A stretch of 64,000 nt of DNA from Candidatus Thorarchaeota archaeon (GCA_011364905.1 RDNZ01000002.1:37994-101993); one strand, 5' to 3'; counted from the stretch's first letter, positions 47,939 through 58,849 are shown. The notes: a model not told the origin generated them from the letters alone. Made by a program: numbers and translations.

Positions 47939-48904
47939 TCATAACTCAAGTGAGATGGAAGAAATGGCTTCCTTTTGCTCTGATGTCAGTTGTATCCTCA
48001 TAGCCTTAGCGTTTTGTTCTGCTTGATAGGTCTTGCTAGCCCCTGGTATTGCCACAATTGTGTCCCCATGATATGTTGTCGTCCAAGACAACGCAATCTG
48101 CGCGGCTTTAGCCTCATGTTCGCATGCTATGGATTCCAACGTTTCAATTAAGGCATGTGTCTTCTCTAACTGTCTGCTAAGACGAGACCTTCTAAGTCTG
48201 GGCATATAGTGAAGAAGCGTTGGACTGTGGTGGAGATTTCCCGTAAGCACCCCTTGTCCTAAGGGAGTGTAAGCAATGATGGTGACTCCTAAGTCCTTTG
48301 CAGCTTCCAAGACACCATTAGTTTCAATGTTTCGATGGAGAAGAGAGAATTGCATCTGGTTGGCCGCGAGGGGAATACCCCATTCCTCAAGAGCCTCGTG
48401 AGCCTTTATCATCCGACTCTTTGAAAAATTGCTGACGCCTATTGCCCGAATTAATCCAGATTCAAATAAATTTGCCATCTCTTTCATTTGAGTCTTTACA
48501 GATGAAACTGAGTAAGGCATATGGATAATGTAGAGACCAATTGGATATGGTGCTAACCGTTCGATGCTTTTCCTCGCCGATTTCCTCATTGATTTGGCTC
48601 GTTTAAGTATGGGAAACCATTTTGTGGAAATGACTACATCTTCAGGTTTCACACCTGCAGCTTTCAGCCCCTTTGCAACTGATATCTCTGAATAACCAGA
48701 GCCGTATAACTCAGCAGTGTCAATCCAGTTCGTTCCGTTTTCTATAGCGGTGCAGATGACCTCATCTTGAGTATCTGGCGGAACAGGTGCCAATAGATAC
48801 TTTATCATCCCTTTTCCACCGGAAAACTCCATGGCTCCAAGACCAATAGGGGTTATTCTTATGTCAGTTTTTCCTAGAGAACGTTTCTGAATAGCCTGGA
48901 TCAT
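47939..48904 (-). CDS. Aldo/keto reductase
   Basis: IGLGAM, IDTAELYG, ISTKW, IGVSNF, NQMQFSLL, AYTPLGQG, AIPGA. Confidence 0.93.
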   Translation of the reverse strand: MIQAIQKRSLGKTDIRITPIGLGAMEFSGGKGMIKYLLAPVPPDTQDEVICTAIENGTNWIDTAELYGSGYSEISVAKGLKAAGVKPEDVVISTKWFPILKRAKSMRKSARKSIERLAPYPIGLYIIHMPYSVSSVKTQMKEMANLFESGLIRAIGVSNFSKSRMIKAHEALEEWGIPLAANQMQFSLLHRNIETNGVLEAAKDLGVTIIAYTPLGQGVLTGNLHHSPTLLHYMPRLRRSRLSRQLEKTHALIETLESIACEHEAKAAQIALSWTTTYHGDTIVAIPGASKTYQAEQNAKAMRIQLTSEQKEAISSISLEL

Positions 48905-49176
48905 ATTATCATCCCTTCATCTTACAAAGAGAGTGGAATAAACTTTGACTCAGGTGCAAAACGAACTAGATTTCCATTTTGTGCAAAGGGAGTATGCTAC
49001 CACAAAAAAAGTACATTAGAAATCTCACTAGTTCTGACTCGGTTGAACGAGAGTTACGATGGCGCCTTCCAACGATGTAGACTCGTGGTTCTCTGTATGC
49101 GCTTTGAGGAGAACTGTCAGAGTCATAAACAAGTAGAGAAATAACGATGATATGTAACTGAAATTTCGTGGTCTGC

Positions 49177-52002
49177 ATGAAACCGAAAATCGTCATCGTT
49201 CCTCACACTCACTGGGACCGAGAATGGTACCTGCCTTTTCAGAGGTTTAGAATGAAACTAGTACATCTTATCGATGAACTCCTAGAGATTCTGGACCATC
49301 ATAAGTATACATTCATGCTTGATGGGCAGACGATTCTAATTGAGGACTATCTTGAGATACACCCGGAGAAGAAGGATGAGTTTTTGAAGAGAATTCGAGA
49401 GGGAAAAATAGTCGTAGGACCTTGGTACCTTCTTCCAGACGAATGGTTGGTTGGTGGGGAGAGTCTAATCCGAAATCTTGAGTATAGTCAGTCGCTAGCA
49501 AAGAGGATGAAGATACCCCTCATGGATCTAGCCTATCTTCCAGATCAGTTTGGTCATTCATCAGGAATCCCTCAACTTCTTCATGATCTCACAAGTTTAC
49601 GAACTACTGTTCTTTGGCGAGGAGTGCCATCCAAGATGACAACTGTCCCATTCGCATGGACCTCCCACTCATCGTCAAATGCTGTAATTCGTGGAATATA
49701 TCTCCCCAGCGGCTATGGTAACTTTGCCATTCTTCCCGATGACTACGAGGCGTTTGTCAACCTTGTTAGTGACAATGTCACAGAGCTTGAACAATTCTCT
49801 CCAGTTCCAGTCTATCTATTGATGAACGGTTCGGATCACAGATACCCACAAGCCTACGCAATTGACTACGTGAATAAAATGAGAACGGAGGGGCACGACA
49901 TTTCCATTGGATCTCTTCGCGAGTATGCAGACTTGTTGGATCAGAGAATGACAGAAGCAAACCATGTCCCTACACAATATGTAGGAGAGTTTCGTTCACC
50001 TGCAAGAGCTCCCCTCCTCCAAGACACCTATTCCGCACGAATGTGGATCAAGATTTGGAACCAACGAGTTGAGGACAGTTTGACAATGAGAGTAGAGCCT
50101 ATGAGCTCATACCTGTGGTTCCATTTAGGCAGACCGTATCCGTATGGTTTCATGGAAACAGCTTGGAAGTGGCTTTTGAAGAACCAACCGCATGACTCAA
50201 TCTGTGGCTGTTCAGTTGACCAAACACATAATGAGATGAAGTCCAGATTCTCTTGGGCAGAGTCTATTGGCGAGAGCGTGATTGATGACACTTGTGGAGC
50301 CATTCAGAAAGCAGCTGTTCCATCCGACACATCAAGCCTTCTCGTCTTTAATTCTTCAGGCAGTGTGGCCAGTCCTGTCTATTTCGAGTTTTCTTATCCC
50401 AAAGAAAAGAAAGTCAAAGGAATTCAAGGTCCTGATGGTATTGTCTATGATGTTCAGCCTCTAACCTCGCGACAGGATATCTTCATGGAAACCACAGTTG
50501 GACTTACAATGGCAAAGATGGGGATGCGGCTTCTTCCAGGAAGGAAACTAATGGACTTCTATATCAACGGCGTGGAGTATTTCGAGGGGGATGAGCCAGG
50601 TCTCCTTGAACTGAGATTCATCTCTGACAGACATCCGGTCGGAGATTTCGATATTGAGGAATTCAAGCGTGAAGCAAGAAGTATGATTGAAAGTAAGCGG
50701 TTCAAGAAAGTCCATTTGGTTGCTGCTCGTCCCACTCAGAGTGTTTACGCATCTATGGTCCCATTGCAACCATGGTCATTTACTCAGCTTATTCCTATCC
50801 CTGAAACCCCTAGCACCAAAGAGGAGTTAGAATGGACTGCAGAAGGCAACAAGGTTGAGAACAAGTTCTACTCCGTTTCATTCAACAGGGATGGTTCTCT
50901 GAATCTTTTAGACAAGGAAACGGAAACTGTGTATAGTAGGGTCCATGTGTTCGAAGATATGGGTGATAGAGGAGACGAGTATACGTTTGGTAGAGTGGAG
51001 CCAGAGAAAGAAAAGGTAAAGAGTATTAAAAGAACCCTAATCACAACCGGACCGATCTTTGCTGAGATACATCAGACCATGCTGCTTGAAGTGTTTGAGA
51101 GCATCGATGTAAAGCGGGAGAAGAGAGTTGGAGCTACAACAATTCCAGTTGAATCCACATTCAGATTTTACCGCGACAGTCCAAGGATAGAAGTAACAAC
51201 GAGGATAGTCAATAAAGCGAAAGATCATAGATTGAGGGTTTGCTTTGAACTCCCCTTTGTGTCCGAGGAAACCATCACCTCGACTCACTTCGGATGTATT
51301 CTTCGAAACGGTTCTGCGGAAACAATCCCGCTTGAGAATGAACTTGAGAGAACAAAATCCACTTTTCCTGAAAAGCCCTCTGGAATACAACCACAGAAGC
51401 AGTTCATTCGTGTTGAGAGTGACACAGGAGAAGACGCCATTACGATATTGAACAGAGGCCTTCCGGAAGTCGAACTTATTGAGGGGAATCGAGTGGCGGT
51501 AACTCTCATAAGATCCATTGGATGGTTGTCAAGATCCGACAATCCAGCAAGACCTATCCATGCAGGACCTTCAGAAGAAACGCCAGGAGCTCAAGAATTT
51601 AACTCTGAATACGAGTTCAACTATGCCTTTTTGGCTCATACGAAAGACGTACCAATCCATGAGAGCGCAGAACATGCTGACACTTTCTCGGACAAACCGA
51701 TGGTGATTTCTTTCAATGAAGCAGAGCCACCAAACGCACTAACAGAGTCAATCATTCGACTCGATAACCCATATGTGAGAATATCATCCCTAAGAGTCAA
51801 AGATGAGGCCCTTCTTATGACACTATACAACATAAACAACTCAGAAACCTCGGTACTCGTTGATATATCTGAGAGAATCGATAAGGCATCTGAGGTTCGA
51901 CTTGACGGATCAGAAAAGGAGGAGATCCGGATCACGGACCATACACTGAAGCTAGTCTTCAAACCGCGAGAGATTAAAATGTGCAAGCTTGAAACGAACT
52001 GA
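49177..52002 (+). CDS. Glycoside hydrolase family 38 alpha-mannosidase (MngB-like)
   Basis: VPHTHWDREWY, LDGQT, VGPWY..PDE, YLPDQFGH, NGSDH, QPHDSICGCS, DRGDEY. Confidence 0.92.
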   Translation: MKPKIVIVPHTHWDREWYLPFQRFRMKLVHLIDELLEILDHHKYTFMLDGQTILIEDYLEIHPEKKDEFLKRIREGKIVVGPWYLLPDEWLVGGESLIRNLEYSQSLAKRMKIPLMDLAYLPDQFGHSSGIPQLLHDLTSLRTTVLWRGVPSKMTTVPFAWTSHSSSNAVIRGIYLPSGYGNFAILPDDYEAFVNLVSDNVTELEQFSPVPVYLLMNGSDHRYPQAYAIDYVNKMRTEGHDISIGSLREYADLLDQRMTEANHVPTQYVGEFRSPARAPLLQDTYSARMWIKIWNQRVEDSLTMRVEPMSSYLWFHLGRPYPYGFMETAWKWLLKNQPHDSICGCSVDQTHNEMKSRFSWAESIGESVIDDTCGAIQKAAVPSDTSSLLVFNSSGSVASPVYFEFSYPKEKKVKGIQGPDGIVYDVQPLTSRQDIFMETTVGLTMAKMGMRLLPGRKLMDFYINGVEYFEGDEPGLLELRFISDRHPVGDFDIEEFKREARSMIESKRFKKVHLVAARPTQSVYASMVPLQPWSFTQLIPIPETPSTKEELEWTAEGNKVENKFYSVSFNRDGSLNLLDKETETVYSRVHVFEDMGDRGDEYTFGRVEPEKEKVKSIKRTLITTGPIFAEIHQTMLLEVFESIDVKREKRVGATTIPVESTFRFYRDSPRIEVTTRIVNKAKDHRLRVCFELPFVSEETITSTHFGCILRNGSAETIPLENELERTKSTFPEKPSGIQPQKQFIRVESDTGEDAITILNRGLPEVELIEGNRVAVTLIRSIGWLSRSDNPARPIHAGPSEETPGAQEFNSEYEFNYAFLAHTKDVPIHESAEHADTFSDKPMVISFNEAEPPNALTESIIRLDNPYVRISSLRVKDEALLMTLYNINNSETSVLVDISERIDKASEVRLDGSEKEEIRITDHTLKLVFKPREIKMCKLETN

Positions 52003-52015
52003 GACAAATCCAAAA

Positions 52016-52315
52016 CTAGTGATTTCCTTCAACATCAGATTTGGTCCAGTTTGGTTCGGGAGCCTCCAGAAACACCCACATGACAAAGCCTCGTTTGTTT
52101 CGAGATAGAGCAGGGATGAAACTTGGACTAAAACCATGTTCAACTGTGAACTTCTGTTCCCATGCTTGTATCAAATCGCCGAATGGAAAAGTATCATCAT
52201 TGATCATCTCTCGTCCTTGGGCTTCATCTATACCAAGATTCAATAAAATCCAACGACGCCACTTCTCAGGAGTTTGGGGATACTTTATTCGACTATTCAA
52301 ATCATAGGGAGTCAT
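52016..52315 (-). CDS. Hypothetical protein
   Basis: 99-aa open frame with globular-looking composition; no motif recognised. Confidence 0.5.
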   Translation of the reverse strand: MTPYDLNSRIKYPQTPEKWRRWILLNLGIDEAQGREMINDDTFPFGDLIQAWEQKFTVEHGFSPSFIPALSRNKRGFVMWVFLEAPEPNWTKSDVEGNH

Positions 52316-52651
52316 AATCTAATGCAGTTGATTTCATGATATGAAACCTTCCTTTGAAATTTCAAGAAGTCAATGATCTGGAGGGGCAATCTTTTTGGAA
52401 TTCCAGAAGTAAAAAGCCATAGCAACAGCCAATATGAAAAGACTTACATCTACGACAGAAATCCATCGACTACTAATCATAGAACCATTTGGAGAGGTTG
52501 GATCATGTGGGGAGGCAGATCGTCTTGTTGTAGTAGGTGTGGAGAACGACCTATCCAAACACCAACTCGAAAGTCCTTCATCGTCTCATAAATCCATTTG
52601 TTCTGGATTACGAAAGATAATAATGAAGGTTAGATTTCGGTTTGTCCTGCA

Positions 52652-54697
52652 ATGACCGCTAATCCCCCCTATCTGGACGAAAAAACCGAGATTGAGAACA
52701 GAGTAAGTGATTTATTATCCAGACTTACACTGAAAGAGAAGTTCATGCTTCTCACCAGTCATGGAAGATTACGACTGTATACGACCAAACCAATCAAGAG
52801 GTTGAGGATACCCTCATTAAAAATGACCGATGGACCTCTGGGTGTGGCAATGCATTCAAGCGGTTTCAAGAAGAATTCTAGATTTCCTGCTACCGTGTCA
52901 CTGGCAGCGACGTGGAATAGATCTCTTATGCATGATATTGGAATAGCTATGGCGAAGGAGGTGAGAGCAGTCGGAAGACATATTCTCCTCGCGCCAGGCA
53001 TAAACATATGCAGAACACCTCTGAATGGGAGAACGTTCGAGTATTTCAGCGAGGACCCCTACCTGACCAAGGAGTTGGCAATCGTCCTCGTAAAGGGCAT
53101 CCAGAGCCAACGGGTTGCAGCCTGCCTCAAGCATTACGCAGCTAATAATCAAGAAACAGATCGGAGAATTTGCAGTTCTGAAGTAGACGAACGTACGCTG
53201 AATGAAATCTATCTTCGTGCGTTCAAGGGAGTTGTCGAGAATGCAGACCCATGGGCAGTCATGACCTGCTATAACATGGTCAATAGTGTCTACGGTTGTG
53301 AGAACAAGTATCTCCTTCAAGATACATTACTGGACAAGTGGAACTACGATGGGGTTGTTGTGACGGATTGGTTTGCCTCAAGGGGCGTCGCAACGACAGA
53401 AGGGTGTATGAACGCAGGACTAACCCTGGAAATGCCTTGGCCTAGTAAGTATAAGCAGAAAGCACTACGAAAGGCTTACGATGAGCACAAATTCTCGGAA
53501 GATACTCTAAATGACCGGGTAGAGAGAAACCTTCGTGTGATGATGCTGACTGGGCTATTTGATAGCCCTGAAAACCTGCCAACAGGCCAACGAAATACTT
53601 TGGAACATCAGAAACTCGTCAGTCGTGCAGCTGAGGAGGGAATGGTGTTGTTGAAGAACAAAGACAACTTACTTCCTCTTGACATTAATAGCCTCAAGAG
53701 AATAAGCCTGCATGGTCCAAATCTACGCAAGAGATTCGGCAGGCTACTCAGTGGCGGCTCGTCAGCAGTAAGTCCGCCTTATGAAGTGACTCCACTTGAA
53801 GGTATTTCCGAAAAAGTTGATGGCAGGATAGAGCTAGCAATAAATGACAGATTGAAACAGGTTTTTTCTGATGTCGCTATTGTATTCGCGGGGTTGAATC
53901 ATGGAAAAGGAGGAGACACCGAATCCAAGGATAGGAGCTCTTTAGACCTCGACAAAAAGCAGGTCGAGGAAATCAAAAGAGTTGCAAATGAACATCAGAA
54001 TACGGTTGTGTGTGTGATTGCAGGGAGCCCAATTGCCATGGATGAGTGGATTGATGAGGTGGAAGCAGTTCTCATTTGCTGGTATGGCGGAATGGAAGCA
54101 GGCCATGCGATTGCCAATATCCTCTTTGGAGATGTGAACCCTTCAGGAAAACTTCCTTTGACATTTCCACGAAGGTTGGAAGACTCTCCTGCTCATAGCA
54201 CTGGTGAAAGAAGAAACTATCCGGGTGATGAGGAGAAGAGAGTCTATTATGATGAGGGTGTTTTTGTGGGATACCGTTGGTTCGACCAAAAGAAGATTGA
54301 ACCACTCTTTCCATTTGGATTCGGGCTCTCTTACACACAATTCGAGTTCAGTTCTATCAATGTGAACAGACAGCGGATATCAAAGGAAAAAGATGCAATA
54401 CTTCTTGGAGTTGATGTGACCAACGTAGGAGAACGGGCAGGGTCTGAGGTCATTCAAATCTATTCCAGGGATATGAAGGCATCTGTCAAGCGACCACCAC
54501 GAGAGTTGGCGGGTTTTGAAAAAATCCACCTAGGACCGGAGGAAACGAAGACAGCAGCCATCACGGTGAAAGCTCAGGACCTTGCATTCTTTGATCCTAA
54601 GAAACATGATTGGAGTATAGAACCTGGAGATTTCAAACTGTTCGTAGGCAGGTCATCAAGAGACCTACTTGGAGATGTTGATATCTCATACGGATAG
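52652..54697 (+). CDS. Glycoside hydrolase family 3 beta-glucosidase
   Basis: TDGPLG, GRTFEYFSEDP, KHYAAN, nucleophile VVTDW, PSGKLPLTF, PLFPFGFGLSYT, Fn3-like C-terminus. Confidence 0.94.
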   Translation: MTANPPYLDEKTEIENRVSDLLSRLTLKEKFMLLTSHGRLRLYTTKPIKRLRIPSLKMTDGPLGVAMHSSGFKKNSRFPATVSLAATWNRSLMHDIGIAMAKEVRAVGRHILLAPGINICRTPLNGRTFEYFSEDPYLTKELAIVLVKGIQSQRVAACLKHYAANNQETDRRICSSEVDERTLNEIYLRAFKGVVENADPWAVMTCYNMVNSVYGCENKYLLQDTLLDKWNYDGVVVTDWFASRGVATTEGCMNAGLTLEMPWPSKYKQKALRKAYDEHKFSEDTLNDRVERNLRVMMLTGLFDSPENLPTGQRNTLEHQKLVSRAAEEGMVLLKNKDNLLPLDINSLKRISLHGPNLRKRFGRLLSGGSSAVSPPYEVTPLEGISEKVDGRIELAINDRLKQVFSDVAIVFAGLNHGKGGDTESKDRSSLDLDKKQVEEIKRVANEHQNTVVCVIAGSPIAMDEWIDEVEAVLICWYGGMEAGHAIANILFGDVNPSGKLPLTFPRRLEDSPAHSTGERRNYPGDEEKRVYYDEGVFVGYRWFDQKKIEPLFPFGFGLSYTQFEFSSINVNRQRISKEKDAILLGVDVTNVGERAGSEVIQIYSRDMKASVKRPPRELAGFEKIHLGPEETKTAAITVKAQDLAFFDPKKHDWSIEPGDFKLFVGRSSRDLLGDVDISYG

Positions 54698-54755
54698 AAT
54701 TGTATAAGGAGATAATATAAGTGGCCAAAACCCTGCTTGAGTGAAGGCTGCTTCT

Positions 54756-56174
54756 ATGGGTAGGATAACAGCATTCTTTGGTCTTGAAGATGCAAGACCA
54801 GCTGTAGTCAGGCTGGCTTCCAAGTATGCATCACTCTCGATCCTGATGCAAGCTACCCTTACGATATCTTCTACGTTCTATCTCATCTTTGTGGCGACAG
54901 CAATTGGCGATGGAAACTTCATCACTGGGATGACATTCATTGGTATTCTTGTTGTATTTGAGATGGCAGTCCAGACTCTCTTCGACTACCCGACAGGTGT
55001 GATAGGAGATTGGATCGGTCAACACTATATCTTGGCGACATCGTTTTTCACATATGCTTTAGCCTTCTACCTTGTTTCTCTCGTCACATATCAAAGCCCC
55101 TTCATCAACCTGATTATTATCTATTCACTGATGGGTTTCGCCGGTTCACAGCAGAGCGGAGCCCTAGGTAGCTGGTTTGACAACAACTGGCGTGTTGCTA
55201 TGGTCGAGGACGAGGGACGCAAGCAATATGGTGTGTTTATAGGAAAAATGGAAATGCTGTCATGGCTAACCAATGTTCTATTTCTGATTCCAGGCAGTAT
55301 TCTTGCAGCAATCTTCAGACGAGCATGGGTGTTTCAACTTCAAGCAGTCCTTTGCGCAGTAATAGCAGTCCTTGCGGCTATACTTGTACGGAATCTTCCT
55401 GAAACTGAGGAGAATAGGCAGACTAGACCTACATTAGATGAGTATTTCTCCCTTCTCAGAGAGGGAATACAATATTTGTTCAGTAGCAGGTATGTCACGT
55501 ATTTACTCCTCGGCTCGATGCTGATGAATAGCTGTCTTTCTGTCTGGGCCAACCTGATTCTCTTTCCGATGTACTATAGCTATATGTTGACTGATGTTGC
55601 AGTGGCAAGTTTTCGAACACTCGTGATGATTCCTTTGGTCGTGTATTCGGAGCGATCTGGCGTCTGGGCCAAGAGATTCAAGCCTGAAAATTGGATCTCA
55701 AGATTTCGTTTCATCGGAACAGGAGGGGCTGTATTCTTCTGGATTTTTGCCACCATAATGCTGGTATTCCCAGTCCCCCCTCCCAACTCTCCGATGATTG
55801 AGTATTTTCTCCCTGGAACTGATATCCTACTGCTTAGTGTTCCAGTCGATTCACTGCTTCCTGTGTTAATGATGATCATAGTATTCTACACATTGGGGAT
55901 ATTCTTTCAGATTGCCAATGTTCTTACATCACGGGTATTTGTTGATGCAATCCCCAATCGAGTTCGCAATGGAGTCTACTCGCTCTTCCCAACGGTCGTT
56001 TTGCTTCTCAGTATCCCACAGATTGCCGCTTTTGGCTGGTTGATATCGGTAGCGCCTATCTCATTGACCCTTCTACTCACAGGTTTGATCTCAACTGTAG
56101 GCGTGATTATGATCCGCCTCGCTTTTCAACAACCAAGACCGGGGGAAGAACCCATTGATGAGATACTAATCTAA
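54756..56174 (+). CDS. MFS transporter (paralogue of 19199..20599)
   Basis: MGRITAFFGL, DYPTGVIGDWIGQ, SGALGSWFDNN, IPNRVRNGVYSL. Confidence 0.88.
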   Translation: MGRITAFFGLEDARPAVVRLASKYASLSILMQATLTISSTFYLIFVATAIGDGNFITGMTFIGILVVFEMAVQTLFDYPTGVIGDWIGQHYILATSFFTYALAFYLVSLVTYQSPFINLIIIYSLMGFAGSQQSGALGSWFDNNWRVAMVEDEGRKQYGVFIGKMEMLSWLTNVLFLIPGSILAAIFRRAWVFQLQAVLCAVIAVLAAILVRNLPETEENRQTRPTLDEYFSLLREGIQYLFSSRYVTYLLLGSMLMNSCLSVWANLILFPMYYSYMLTDVAVASFRTLVMIPLVVYSERSGVWAKRFKPENWISRFRFIGTGGAVFFWIFATIMLVFPVPPPNSPMIEYFLPGTDILLLSVPVDSLLPVLMMIIVFYTLGIFFQIANVLTSRVFVDAIPNRVRNGVYSLFPTVVLLLSIPQIAAFGWLISVAPISLTLLLTGLISTVGVIMIRLAFQQPRPGEEPIDEILI

Positions 56175-56184
56175 CGAACAAGTA

Positions 56185-56673
56185 TCAATCATTACTCATG
56201 AAAGCAGTCGCCTGTCGATAGCGAGTGTCTTTCACATAGTCGTACGATGCAATCTTCTTTGGAGTCACAATAACTGTGACCCATTTTGTTAGTTTGAAGA
56301 GACCGTCACGATAGTCGACTGCTCGCTGACTACTCATTCGACGATTGAAGACTTTCAAAGCGGTTTCCTCAATACCTTCATCGGTGAGTGTCGCCTCTCC
56401 ATAGATTATCACTCCACGGGTCGGAGGGCCTTCATCATCAACAAGAACTGTCACTCGATTGTCACGTTGAATGTTCTTTGCCTTCACACTATTATAGGGA
56501 GTACCAAAGAACAGTTGCCCGCCCTCGTAATAGTACCATACTGGAGTAGCATGAATGGTTCCATCTTTGTTATGTGTGCAAACTCGTGCAACAGTCATGT
56601 AGTTCAAAAATTCAAGTACTTCATCCGGTGAAAGAGAGGGAGATTGAGTATATGACACGGTTCTCACACACAT
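56185..56673 (-). CDS. Pyridoxamine 5'-phosphate oxidase-like (split-barrel flavin/F420-binding) protein
   Basis: ARVCTHNKDG..HATPVWY, KAKNIQRDNRVTVLVD. Confidence 0.85.
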   Translation of the reverse strand: MCVRTVSYTQSPSLSPDEVLEFLNYMTVARVCTHNKDGTIHATPVWYYYEGGQLFFGTPYNSVKAKNIQRDNRVTVLVDDEGPPTRGVIIYGEATLTDEGIEETALKVFNRRMSSQRAVDYRDGLFKLTKWVTVIVTPKKIASYDYVKDTRYRQATAFMSND

Positions 56674-56742
56674 TGTGTTTTGAAGGGTGCATTCCTCATC
56701 AACACCGTGGAGTATATGCGTTTTGGATTTGAAGAGTTAAGG

Positions 56743-57747
56743 TTACAGTTCCCGTTCTAGGTTAACAAGTCTACAATTCAAATTGAAACCAGCTTTCTCA
56801 TACAAGCGTATCGCACTTGTGTTGGCGGCAGGAGTCCCAACTGCGGCAAATTTGCAGCCGTAGTCCTTCAGAGTGTGTAGAGTCATTTCAATGAGATGTA
56901 GTGCAATCCCTCGCCTTCGATAGTCAGGCAGTACTGCCATGGGTCCAAGAACACCTGTTAGTGGTTTGTACTTTGATTCCACTATGAATGCACCAAGATA
57001 ACCGGCTGAAACACCATCAACAACAGCAACTTTCCTGAGTTCATCAGGAGATTCACCATAGAAACCGTCTGCCATCCTCTGAAGCAGTGCAGTTGCTTGG
57101 ATGTGTTCGGTTACTGTCTTGTCAAATCCATGTATCTTCCTTTCTTCTGGAGTTGAGGTGAATGACTTTACAACGATGCTTGCTAAGTCTTCAAAGGTGT
57201 AGTTGTCACCCGTTTCAACCTGAATTTCGGAAGTGCGTACAGAACTGTGAGGAATACTGCTCAATGGCATTACTAGATCGACCGAGTCTTGCAGTCTTTT
57301 CTTAAAACCTGCATTCGAATACAAATCTAAGTGATTGGCAACTAATTCAGGGGAGTCAACTGGATACTTAGAGTGAGAGCTTACTCTCTTGACACCTAAT
57401 GAAGCCAGAGCATCAATTGCGTATTCGAGTAAAACCTTCGCCACGTTTGTCTTCCTAAAAGCAGGAAGTGCAGCAGGCTCCCATCTTCGTATACGTGCCA
57501 TGAGATTGTTGTGACGGAGACCAAGAATGCCTACCACATCAACAGGAGTATCCGCGTAGGCGAAGAAAAACATATTCTCGCGATTCTCGAAATCTGATCG
57601 CATTTCCTCGAGTTCCTCATTCTTGTTGAAATCGAAAGCGGGATTCTCCTGATACCAGTAGTAATGTTCCATCGCCATGTTCCATGCCTGAGAGTAGACG
57701 GACCAATCACTAGCTGGCTCTATGACTACTTTACGATCCTTTTCCAT
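56743..57747 (-). CDS. Tandem GNAT acetyltransferase
   Basis: Two GNAT halves (ALPAFRKTNVA; AVLPDYRRRGIA...NTSAIRLYEKAGF). Confidence 0.85.
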   Translation of the reverse strand: MEKDRKVVIEPASDWSVYSQAWNMAMEHYYWYQENPAFDFNKNEELEEMRSDFENRENMFFFAYADTPVDVVGILGLRHNNLMARIRRWEPAALPAFRKTNVAKVLLEYAIDALASLGVKRVSSHSKYPVDSPELVANHLDLYSNAGFKKRLQDSVDLVMPLSSIPHSSVRTSEIQVETGDNYTFEDLASIVVKSFTSTPEERKIHGFDKTVTEHIQATALLQRMADGFYGESPDELRKVAVVDGVSAGYLGAFIVESKYKPLTGVLGPMAVLPDYRRRGIALHLIEMTLHTLKDYGCKFAAVGTPAANTSAIRLYEKAGFNLNCRLVNLEREL

Positions 57748-57845
57748 GCTAACTCCAATGTGGGTTGCTGCGATGACAAATAGATATTGTGCACCCCAAA
57801 GGACATGCTTATTTCGTACTCATCGCAAATTTGAGATGGCTCAAA

Positions 57846-58124
57846 ATGAGAATCAAGGCAGTTTTTCGCGATGCAGAGATTTTGAAAATGGAAGAGGGAT
57901 CAAAGGAGAGAGTTATGGCTGTTGCACAGAAGAACCTAGACCGGGTTGTGAACCTGCCAAAACTCCTCAAGGTGATGGGTCTTGAGTTTGATAAGCGATG
58001 CCTCATGCTTGATGTATTGAAGGACTCGAAGTTTCATATATGGCTGCTCAACGATTCGGAGCAACATCTGATTTACATGAATGAGGAAAAGGAAGCCACT
58101 CCCGGTGGGTACATGTGGCAATAG
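57846..58124 (+). CDS. Small hypothetical protein
   Basis: 92-aa frame from MRIKAVF; convergent with the GTPase gene. Confidence 0.6.
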   Translation: MRIKAVFRDAEILKMEEGSKERVMAVAQKNLDRVVNLPKLLKVMGLEFDKRCLMLDVLKDSKFHIWLLNDSEQHLIYMNEEKEATPGGYMWQ

Positions 58125-58131
58125 AATAACT

Positions 58132-58839
58132 CTAAGTATGAGGGACCAGTTCTTTACATCTCCGATCCAGACACATCGCACAAGCATCATCGCAGTTAGG
58201 CTGAGTTCCGTGTCTAGTGTGTTGCGCCATACAAACCAGTTCCGCAAGTTCACTTCGTAGCTCAGGAATCCCAGTTCCAGTAATATTAGAAACGTAGGTC
58301 TGTTCTACACATCCACGATAGTCAGGAATCGTGTTTTCGATATTAGATCTAACAAAACCAACTGCTTGCTGCACTTGCTCTGGTTTTACATCAAAAGGAG
58401 TAATGTCAAGGTGAGTTCCAACAAGAACAACGTTTGTGAAGTTCTTGATTAGGTCATTCATGATTGCTGTTTCCAGCCAAGACTCTAGAACCGCAAGAGT
58501 GCGGAATTCGCTGAGCTTGTAAACAAGCAACACAACTGAGATGTTCTGCATATTGGGCATGAAGGAATAGGTTTCCATTATCTTCTCAAAAGTTCCCAGC
58601 TCTTCGGCTTGATCGACGCTTCTTTGCCCTGGCGGAACATACATCTGGAGCAGAATGGCTTCGTCAGAGGTCGTGCATTTACAGTTCACAAACTCGAACT
58701 CCATGTTGACTGTCTTTTTGAGACCATCAATGCATTCGATTCTAGTTGTTCCATCAGTGAATTCAGCCATAGCTTTTGAGAGAGCGGTCTTTCCAACACC
58801 ACCATCCCCTATGGGGAATATTGAACCGGTGACAGTCAT
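58132..58839 (-). CDS. Atypical small GTPase (Roc/Rab-like) with Cys-rich C-terminus
   Basis: G1 GDGGVGKT, G2 Thr in KTVNMEF, G3 VPPGQ (no Asp), G4 VGTHLD. Start ATG 58839 with GAGGT overlapping the upstream stop. Confidence 0.85.
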   Translation of the reverse strand: MTVTGSIFPIGDGGVGKTALSKAMAEFTDGTTRIECIDGLKKTVNMEFEFVNCKCTTSDEAILLQMYVPPGQRSVDQAEELGTFEKIMETYSFMPNMQNISVVLLVYKLSEFRTLAVLESWLETAIMNDLIKNFTNVVLVGTHLDITPFDVKPEQVQQAVGFVRSNIENTIPDYRGCVEQTYVSNITGTGIPELRSELAELVCMAQHTRHGTQPNCDDACAMCLDRRCKELVPHT

Positions 58840-58849
58840 GCTATAACCT

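Noticed and set aside
52370-52655. Overlapping short ORFs on both strands (a CSRC-containing plus-strand ORF; a minus-strand ORF resembling a linker-TM-KK anchor remnant)
   Set aside because: I could not decide which, if any, is real; none has a clear RBS or family motif. An in-frame TGA upstream of the minus ORF is not in a redox motif and no SECIS-like hairpin was recognised.
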